A stretch of DNA of 64,000 nucleotides from an uncultured delta proteobacterium (lineage in GTDB: Bacteria; Desulfobacterota; Binatia; Bin18): assembly GCA_963733195.1 (NCBI GenBank), contig CAVTCR010000017.1:1-64000 (forward strand). Reading direction: 5' to 3'. The position numbers and the translations under genes were made by a program. The notes beneath the pieces are model-generated. The model was given only the letters and a program-made list of their open reading frames with translations, did no database searches and was not told the DNA's origin. Within the stretch, counting starts at the first letter, position 1. Every line of letters begins with the position of its first letter. This document shows positions 53,265 through 61,027 of this stretch, one piece after another.

Positions 53265-54168
53265 TCACACACCCTGAAATTTATTTTTTCTATGCCAGGA
53301 AAGATGAATGGGATCAGGCCACACAACACGTTCCCTGGGGAGTCGGATCTTCTGTCCGTGATAATCACGAAGCGCTTTTTGATCAGGGCTCTGCTCCGTA
53401 AACTGCCCAACGGCGACGACCACAGTATAGTCATCAGCAATAGTCCAGAGACCTTGGTCAAACAGCCAGTGAGCATTCTTGCTCAGGGCTAAGACCGTTC
53501 CGTGCGTCATTGTTACGCGAATCGGCAAACTGGTGGATATGTGCTGCATCTACAATACTACCTGCATCGATAGTTGTCAGTCGATAGTTCGTTAGCGCGC
53601 AGGTGTAATCGTAGGCAGCAACGACAGTCAGACGGAAGCGAGCTTCACGGCCTTGTTGTCTAGCGGAATAGACAGCATTGTCGATTGTCTCAGCAATACT
53701 GTCTTTCTCATCGGTGACGTGTAAACCAACAAGCGAGTAAAGCGCTACACGTTCTGCCGGTTGGAAATGCTTCTCGATCAGAATACGACGAGCTTTGTCG
53801 CGTAAGGCTGGGTCTTTCGCAAAAGCAACAAATTCTTCGTTCAAGGCGGCATACCGAGTCAAACGCTTATCAGGCGAGGGTTTACTGTTTTCATCAAGCG
53901 CAGACCAGAAGCCATCGCTTTGCAAATAATGAAACGGCAAACGCACATCCGGAGGTTGAGTGCGACGATGAGCTACGACGTTCCAAAACGCAAAGAAACG
54001 GAAGGCAAGTTCAGGGGAAAGTGATAAAACATCCTCCGGTAGTTGCCCTTGCTCAGCGAGTTCCAAGACCACAAGGAGAAGTAGCGGCTTGTGAGGTGCC
54101 GGATCACCTCGGGCGCGATCTACTCTCAACTGAGTGAATTTTGCAAGCCAGTACTCAGAGTTTTTCAT
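53265..54168 (-). CDS. SBD-HNH endonuclease (phosphorothioate-DNA-binding type), frameshift near 53487
   Basis: APHKPLLLL and PFHYLQSDGFW, then AAHI..NGL/ALSKNAHWLFDQG HNH and LSWHR. Confidence 0.75.
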
Positions 54169-54189
54169 ACTCGCGACCGCCAATGCCTT

Positions 54190-54680
54190 TAGAATATATA
54201 GGGCCAGAAGAAAGAGAAAGGCGTTTCCCCCGCACAAAGGTACAGAAACATATGAGAAGAAATCGGACAAGTTCGAGAAGTCTATTGACTTCCTTCGTTG
54301 CTTGTCTCGTAGGGAAAACAGCGATATTCACCAGATGATCCACAAAATCGCGAGAGAGTATGCTGGAGGTTCTTCTGGGAGGAGCAAGACTGGGCTATCC
54401 AGAAAATTTTGAAGAACTATTTCAGTGTGGTAACGGAAGTATTCCCCTCTGACTGACAGTCGAAAGATTCGTCATTGGGGAAAACAATCGGATTCTCTGT
54501 ATTCATGAGATTGCTTGGCGACTTGGCGAAGAAAGGTTTGTCAGTGCAACCCGAGCCGCGTCTTGACCATGAATTCTTTCTTAATTTATTTGAGTAGGCA
54601 AATTATTGGCGCCGTTCACATTCGACAAATACCCCCGGAGCGGAAGCGGCGAGACCAAACTTTATAATGACGTATAGTCT
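54190..54680 (+). pseudogene. C-terminal remnant of a DGQHR/DndB-like protein
   Basis: Manual translation ILKNYFSVVTEVFPSD*..LGKTIGFSVFMRLL with internal stops. The DGQHR motif itself is absent. Confidence 0.45.
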
Positions 54681-54798
54681 GCCATTTTAGATTGAGGGCA
54701 GCACTGCGCAGTAGGACCCGTCTCTATACATGACTGTTAGCCGTCAGACAGAACCCAACCATTGCGCTGCCAGAGAGAGGAAGTTAGGCTGACGTTGT

Positions 54799-55092
54799 AT
54801 GGATCCCTTGACGCTTATCGAAGCTCACGAGACTGAATTGCGTGCCCTTGGCGCGCAACGTATCGGTGTCTTTGGTTCTTTTGCCAGAGGAGAAGCCACG
54901 GCAGAGAGCGACGTTGATGTCTATCTGGAATTTGCGAAAGACAAGAAGAACTATGACAACTTCTTTGCCATTTATGAACTGCTTCAAGGACTTTTTGGCC
55001 GACCTATCGATCTCGTTACTGACGGCTCGTTGAGTGAACGGAAAGCCCGGATCATTCTTCCTACCGTGCGCTATGCAGCCCTCAACACTTGA
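54799..55092 (+). CDS. Minimal nucleotidyltransferase (MNT) antitoxin
   Basis: GVFGSFARGE..SDVDV and IDLVT motifs. Confidence 0.9.
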   Translation: MDPLTLIEAHETELRALGAQRIGVFGSFARGEATAESDVDVYLEFAKDKKNYDNFFAIYELLQGLFGRPIDLVTDGSLSERKARIILPTVRYAALNT

Positions 55093-55107
55093 CCAGGAAG
55101 ACCGCAT

Positions 55108-55449
55108 TTGAGAAAGAGCCGGCAACCCACACGGCCTCCTACCGCCTCAAAAGTAATTGACGATTTCATTGGAGGGGATGATGAACTTCGGGAGATGATT
55201 CGACAGGAGGTGTTGAACTCTGAAATCGGTCAGATGATTTACGACGCACGCACAAAAGCTGGTCTGACACAGCAGCAACTTGCCAACCGCCTCGGAACAA
55301 CCCAATCGGTCATATCGCGTCTAGAGAGCGCTGATTACGAGGGTCATTCACTGAGTATGTTGCAGCGCATCGCAGAAGCCTTGGGGCACAAACTGGAATT
55401 GAGACTTTCAGCGGCAGCGCAGGAGGCGTCTCCCTCTTATTTCGGATAG
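55108..55449 (+). CDS. XRE-family HTH protein, HigA-like antitoxin
   Basis: AGLTQQQLANRLGTTQSVISRLE. Confidence 0.85.
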   Translation: MRKSRQPTRPPTASKVIDDFIGGDDELREMIRQEVLNSEIGQMIYDARTKAGLTQQQLANRLGTTQSVISRLESADYEGHSLSMLQRIAEALGHKLELRLSAAAQEASPSYFG

Positions 55450-55618
55450 CGAATCGCGTAGATCGCGATCGCGAGAAAGACCAAGGAGACACGACCCACA
55501 AAACAGCGACAAACGTTTCCATACCTAAAAGCTCCCGTAAGCTTTGGATTTGTCGCTCGATATCCACAAGGCAGGTAAATGGTAAGAAAACCCACTATCC
55601 GTGAGGAAGTGATATGAA

Positions 55619-56331
55619 TCATGTAGTCTGAGTCATTCGCTGGACAAACTCTGCATGCTCACGGCTTGCTATACCTTCCCCGAGCGTTTTCAGGACTCCG
55701 GCTAAGTCTCCCTGTAACATCGCCGCAGCATCGAGCCAGAGACCAGGAAAGGTCTCGCTTTGATATATCTCCGCCTCACTCGGAGATAAACGCTCGTAGC
55801 GACCATCACGCAAGACAAACCAATCAATCGCATTGTCCACTGTCCGCCAGACGATATACTCACGGACACCGTGGCGACGATAGACATCTAACTTTTGGTG
55901 CAAATCATAGGCAACACTACTGGAAGCAACCTCTGCCACCAACTCAGGGGGACCTTCGATAAAGCCATCAGCAGCCACACGAGACTGGCCGCCGTTGGTG
56001 AGACGAAGGAGCACATCTGGTTGCGGTTCGTTGTCCAAGTCCAACCGGACGGTGGCGTTATCGCTCGACCTCGATCTCCAGGGGTCGATGCAGTGTACAC
56101 TACCTAGCCAGGTATTCAAGCGCGGAATGTTGCGCGGCCATGTCCTTTATAACGAACGGGTGAAGGCATGTAGACTACTCCTTCGATGAGTTCTGCTTTC
56201 TTGAGATGAGGCATTGCTTCATAGCGACGCTCAAACTCCGGGCGTGTCAGTTGGTCGCCATTTTCAAGCAGAGGAACTCCCCGAACAACTGCTGAAGCTT
56301 GAGTTGATGTGGATTGAGATGAAATAGACAT
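55619..56331 (-). pseudogene. Uma2-family PD-(D/E)xK endonuclease, frameshifted
   Basis: LENGDQL..KAELIEG, EPQPD, PELVAEV, GVREY and FPGLWL motifs across frames. Confidence 0.88.
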
Positions 56332-56365
56332 GAGAAAAACTTCTCTCCTCTATGAGATATTCTCT

Positions 56366-56584
56366 TTATTTAATGAGCAGGTGCTTCTCACGATCGGCAG
56401 CATAAGCCAAACAGGCCCGGATATCTTCTTCGGTGAGATACGGGAAGTCATCAAGAACTTCCTGTTGCGACATGCCGGAAGCCAAATACTCCAGCACCTC
56501 ATAGACTGTAGTTCGCATCCCCCGGATACAAGGCTTGCCGCCGCGCTTACCAGGCTCGATGGTGATGATGTCTTGGTAATTCAT
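56366..56584 (-). CDS. DUF433 antitoxin-like protein
   Basis: GKRGGKPCIRG..DFPYLTEEDIRACLAYA. Confidence 0.92.
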   Translation of the reverse strand: MNYQDIITIEPGKRGGKPCIRGMRTTVYEVLEYLASGMSQQEVLDDFPYLTEEDIRACLAYAADREKHLLIK

Positions 56585-56681
56585 GCGCTGATGGTAGAAC
56601 TAACCGTCATTATCAGCAAGAGTTCGGAGATACCCTTTACAAACCGCATGAATTTCTCAATTAATTCTCACTACGAGCGGC

Positions 56682-57269
56682 ATGAAGACACGAATACACG
56701 CAGCATTCGGCAAACGAGTCAACGGAAACCTGTATTTTCACGTCACAGCGCTTGAAGGGCTTGACCCTTACGTCCGCGAGCAGGTACAACGTGCGGCTCT
56801 TCAAGCTGAGTCTTGAGATAGAAGCTGAGTTCAACGTTATAAAAATTGACGAGAAAGATCAGCAAATTTCTTTGCTGTACTACGAGAACTTCTTTGAGAA
56901 TCCATTTCCTGCGTTGCAACGTTTATGTGCCGTAGATGTAGAGTCTGGTCGCATCAAACAACTCCGTTACGATCGTGTCCAAGAATCCCCCTATTCTCCA
57001 TCGCAAAGAACTCTTGCTGCCTCCAGATCATCCTCAAGTGCTCACTTTTTGCCTCTCTGACGCAGCAGCTCGAATCGCTCAGCCTCTTTCAAGATACGCG
57101 TCGTATTGGACTCTTGCGTGTAATGGCAGGAACGTTTGCATTCCGCAGGGTACGAGGTTCGTAACCATCAATTATTTCCTTTGAATGGAAAGTCACAGCT
57201 AAAAGAGTCAGCAGTCTAGAGACACTTGCCCGGCATCGTACTGCCCTGCAGCGCTACGCGCTTTCAACC
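56682..57269 (+). pseudogene. Truncated, frameshifted copy of the methyltransferase N-terminal domain
   Basis: MKTRIHAAFGKRVNGNLYFH.., FNVIKIDE and NPPILHRKE match the gene at 58227. Confidence 0.9.
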
Positions 57270-57470
57270 TCTAGACAAAAAGGGAAGGCCCGTTCACCAC
57301 TCTAGGGAAAATCTGCGAAAGAGGTTCGTGTAGCAACATTAACAAGGGAGCCATTGGGCGGTTATCACTTTGCCTCAGCCGCTACGGCTTTTCACTGCTT
57401 CGTTTTGTATTTACTCAAAACCACTCGCAGGTTGCGGTCGGCTCAGAGGTGCTTGGTTAAGCCATCTGCC

Positions 57471-57749
57471 TTAGCTCTGCGAAGCCTCTGTCACTTTCTC
57501 CGTCAACCAGACATTAATTAGAGTCTCTGTCGATACTCCCTGCTTGCGAGCACATTCTGTGAGCTTCTTTGCTAATTTTGGCTCTAGTGCCGTTAGAAAT
57601 ACCCGGCGTTGAATATCTACCTCAAAGCTCGCTTCGCGCGTCTGGTCCCAGTAGTCCGTTAAATCATGGCTGTCCCAAAACTCTGCTGCCTCAGCCACAC
57701 TGTGGAAGTGTTGCGGAATCGGCTCTCGTTTTTTGTTACTTCTTCGCAT
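57471..57749 (-). CDS. CopG/BrnA-type antitoxin
   Basis: EAAEFWDSHDLTDY..GVSTETLINVWL. Confidence 0.85.
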   Translation of the reverse strand: MRRSNKKREPIPQHFHSVAEAAEFWDSHDLTDYWDQTREASFEVDIQRRVFLTALEPKLAKKLTECARKQGVSTETLINVWLTEKVTEASQS

Positions 57750-58020
57750 AGGCTCGTTTCTCTTTCTTAGTCATCTCTCGGGCACTGACAATCAGGGCTT
57801 CCTTAGTGGTCTTGTAGATAAAATAGATGATGAGATAACGCCCTGCAGCTGTCCGTCCCATTGCCGCGTACAAATCTTCGCCTTCTACATCCCCCCTCTC
57901 AATGAAACGAAAACGGCGTACCGCCGCCAGGGCTTCGTCGACTTCCTCGGTCGTGACCTGATGCTTCCACGCCAGCTTGTCAACGACTTCCCTCAACCAA
58001 ATGATTCCCGTTATTCTCAT
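57736..58020 (-). CDS. BrnT-family toxin
   Basis: KHQVTTEEVDE, GRTAAGRYL and VSAREM motifs. Upstream TTGCGC-N18-CATACT promoter-like signal. Confidence 0.88.
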   Translation of the reverse strand: MRITGIIWLREVVDKLAWKHQVTTEEVDEALAAVRRFRFIERGDVEGEDLYAAMGRTAAGRYLIIYFIYKTTKEALIVSAREMTKKEKRAYAKK

Positions 58021-58226
58021 TTGCCATGCAGTATGCTTGTCTGGCCCTCTGGAGCGCAACCCGCAGATAAAGACCTAACTCTGTTGCCGCACTTACCAAG
58101 CTCATGGTGATGATGTCTTGGTAATTCATACGCTGATGGTAGAACTAACCGTCGTTATCAGCAAGAGTTCGGGGATACCCTTTACAAACGGCACTGATTT
58201 CTCAATCAATTCTCACTACGAGCGGC

Positions 58227-60800
58227 ATGAAGACACGAATACGCGCAGCATTAGGCAAACGAGTCAACGGAAACCTGTACTTTCACGTCACAGCGCTTGA
58301 AGGGCTTGACCCTTACGTCCGCGAGCAGGTACGACGTGCGGCTCTTCAAGCTAGTCTTGAGATAGAAGCTGAGTTCAACGTTATAAAAATTGACGAGAAA
58401 GATCAGCACATTTCCCTTCTGTACTATGAACACTTCTTCGACAATCCATTTCCCGCCCTGCAGCGTTCGTGCGTCGTCGATTTAGGGTCTGCTCGCGTCA
58501 AGCATCTTCGCTACGATCTCTCGAACAATCCGCCGATTCTGCATCGCAAGGAACTTTTGTTGCCTCCAGACCATCCTCAGGTCCCGCTTTTTGCCTCTCT
58601 TACAGCGCAACTGGAGGCTCTCGGACTGTTCTACAACTCCCGACGTATCGGCTTTGCGTGCCAATGGCAGGAGCGTTTGCAATTGGCGGGGTATGAGGTC
58701 CGGGACCATCAATTAGTTCCGCTAAACGGTACGTTACAACAAGAGAGGCTGTTGACGGAGGTACCTGCCCGCCATCGTACCGCCCTGCAGCGCTATGCGC
58801 TCTCAACCCCTATGCAGGCACTGCAACGGCATGGTTATTTGGATGTGTCACGAACCATTTTTGATTATGGTTGTGGTAAGGGCGATGACATACGCATTCT
58901 ACGTCAGAATGGCCTCGATGCCGTTGGATGGGACCCGCACTTTGCGCCGGATACTCCCAAAGAGCCAACCGACGTTGTGAATCTTGGCTTTGTCATCAAC
59001 GTCATCGAAGATTCTGATGAGCGAGCCGAAGCGCTTCGTGGCGCGTATGCGCTCACCAAATGTGTCTTATCTGTTGGAGTCATGCTTGCTCGTACTGAGC
59101 AGTTAGAAGCGGAGCAGTATAACGACGGTGTCCGCACGCGGCGCAACACCTTCCAAAAATACTTCACCCAGCGTGAACTTAAAGCGTACCTCCAGTCAGT
59201 ACTCGGGAAAGAACCAGTCGCTGTTGGGCCAGGCATCTTTTTTGTCTTCAAAGATGAAGACGAGGAACAGCGCTTCTTTGCCCGTCGGGTACGCAATCGC
59301 GGCGGACTCGACCAACTCATTCGCCGTTTACCAAAGCCAACCAAAGAAGAACGAGAGCAGACATTCTACAATACACATCGTGTGTTGCTCGAACAGCTAT
59401 GGGAGACCTGGTTGGAACTGGGTCGGAAACCAGAGTTGAGTGAAGTTCCACGGCCTACAGAAATCGAAAATGCTTTTGGGTCACTCACAAAGGCGTTGCG
59501 ATTTCTCGAACGGTTTCATGGTACTGAGGCAGTAACAGCAGCGTTTCGTTCACGCAAAGAGGATCTGTTGGTCTACTTTGCCTTGCAGCAATTTGAGCAA
59601 CGGACACGTTATGCGACACTTTCGGAAGAACTCCGGCGAGACATCAAAACGTTTTTCGGAAATTATCACAACGCCCAGGCGGAAGCACGGCAATTGCTCT
59701 TTTCTGCTGGAAAGCGTGACCTCATCCGGCAACTCTGCCGAGAAGCTGCAGGCAACGGGCTTGGTTGGCTCGAAAAAGATCGGGCGCTATATCTGCATAC
59801 CAGCCTTGTTGAACGGCTTCCCGCTGTGCTGCGTGTCTACGTTGGATGTGCCAGCTACGTGTTCGGCGACGTGACCAGCGCGGATCTCATCAAGATTCAC
59901 ACCGACTCGGCGAAGATTACCCTTCTGTCATGCGATGATTTTGCAGGAAAGCCACTCCCCCGTTTGCTGGAGCGTATTCAGATTCGGTTGCGAGACCAAG
60001 ATGTCGACCGCTTTACCTTCAGCGGCCCACACGAGCCCCCTTATATCTACCGGAAATCACGGTTCATTACCGCAGACTTTCCCCACTATGAAGAGCAAGT
60101 TGCTTTTGAGAAAGCGCTTGACGCACTCCACCTCTTCAACTTTGACGACGGAATCAGTCTTCCAGCTCAGGTTTTTGACGATCGACTGAAAGCGGTCCGT
60201 GTAGAACTTGATGGTTTTACCGTGAAATCGTCTAACACCTTGCCACGCCTGGATGATCTCTGTGGCCAACATTTCTGCTATCGCGATTTTATTACGTGTG
60301 GAGAAACACAAGCGAAGACTGGTTTCCCGAATATCCCTCAGCAAGTCGACACCTATAACGCCCTAACACGCTTGGCGACGCAGATTCTTGATCCAGTCAT
60401 TGACTATTTTGGCGAGATCGTTCTGACGTACGGATTCTGCTCACGTGAACTTGCCAAACACATTCCTGGTCGCATTGCGCCAGCACTCGATCAACACGCG
60501 AGTCACGAGCTGAACACGCGCGGACAACCCATCTGTAAACGGCTGGGTGCAGCAGTCGATTTTATTGTCACTGATGAGAGTATGCTCGAAGTTGCACAGT
60601 GGATCGTGCAACACACACCATTTGATCGGTTGTACTTCTATGGTGATGACAAGCCTGTTCACGTAAGCTGTGGGCCGGATGATAAGCGTGAGATCGTCAT
60701 CATGAAAGCCAGTAAAAGTGATCGTTCGGTCCCCAGAGTAATAAAGGTTGAAACATTTCTCGCGTTGTCGCGGGATACCGCTAAGACGATTCCTCTCTGA
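58227..60800 (+). CDS. DNA phosphorothioation-associated putative methyltransferase with C-terminal peptidase M15-like domain
   Basis: RHRTALQR..LS, FDYGCGKGDD, GWDPH, VNLGFVINVIED, TFQKYFTQ and PGIFFVF motifs; C-terminal DQH..GAAVDF..VHVS. Confidence 0.82.
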   Translation: MKTRIRAALGKRVNGNLYFHVTALEGLDPYVREQVRRAALQASLEIEAEFNVIKIDEKDQHISLLYYEHFFDNPFPALQRSCVVDLGSARVKHLRYDLSNNPPILHRKELLLPPDHPQVPLFASLTAQLEALGLFYNSRRIGFACQWQERLQLAGYEVRDHQLVPLNGTLQQERLLTEVPARHRTALQRYALSTPMQALQRHGYLDVSRTIFDYGCGKGDDIRILRQNGLDAVGWDPHFAPDTPKEPTDVVNLGFVINVIEDSDERAEALRGAYALTKCVLSVGVMLARTEQLEAEQYNDGVRTRRNTFQKYFTQRELKAYLQSVLGKEPVAVGPGIFFVFKDEDEEQRFFARRVRNRGGLDQLIRRLPKPTKEEREQTFYNTHRVLLEQLWETWLELGRKPELSEVPRPTEIENAFGSLTKALRFLERFHGTEAVTAAFRSRKEDLLVYFALQQFEQRTRYATLSEELRRDIKTFFGNYHNAQAEARQLLFSAGKRDLIRQLCREAAGNGLGWLEKDRALYLHTSLVERLPAVLRVYVGCASYVFGDVTSADLIKIHTDSAKITLLSCDDFAGKPLPRLLERIQIRLRDQDVDRFTFSGPHEPPYIYRKSRFITADFPHYEEQVAFEKALDALHLFNFDDGISLPAQVFDDRLKAVRVELDGFTVKSSNTLPRLDDLCGQHFCYRDFITCGETQAKTGFPNIPQQVDTYNALTRLATQILDPVIDYFGEIVLTYGFCSRELAKHIPGRIAPALDQHASHELNTRGQPICKRLGAAVDFIVTDESMLEVAQWIVQHTPFDRLYFYGDDKPVHVSCGPDDKREIVIMKASKSDRSVPRVIKVETFLALSRDTAKTIPL

Positions 60801-61027
60801 CCTTTCCCCTACGACAAAGATATTGTCACGCCTTGATAGACACGGACAATCTTCGTATTCTCTAGCGGACGGGCGAATGTCCAGAGAAGAGGAAGACATG
60901 ACTAAGCGAGCTGTTCCCTTGGAGCTTTTGAAACGATGAACGACGAACACAGAACGATAGAATAGACCGAGTCTTATTTTTCTTCGTAACTCTTCCATTT
61001 TACATTCTGCATTCTACATTTCTTCTG

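Larger units (their letters stand above)
56540..58808. repeat. Imperfect ~0.72-kb direct duplication (56540-57269 vs 58085-58808)
   Basis: Both copies contain the DUF433 5' end, the intergenic region and the methyltransferase 5' end up to GCTxTCAACC. Confidence 0.92.

Noticed and set aside
52869-60800. Complete functional Dnd restriction-modification system
   Set aside because: No dndA/C/D or dndFGH in the window, and dndE and the DGQHR-like gene are damaged.
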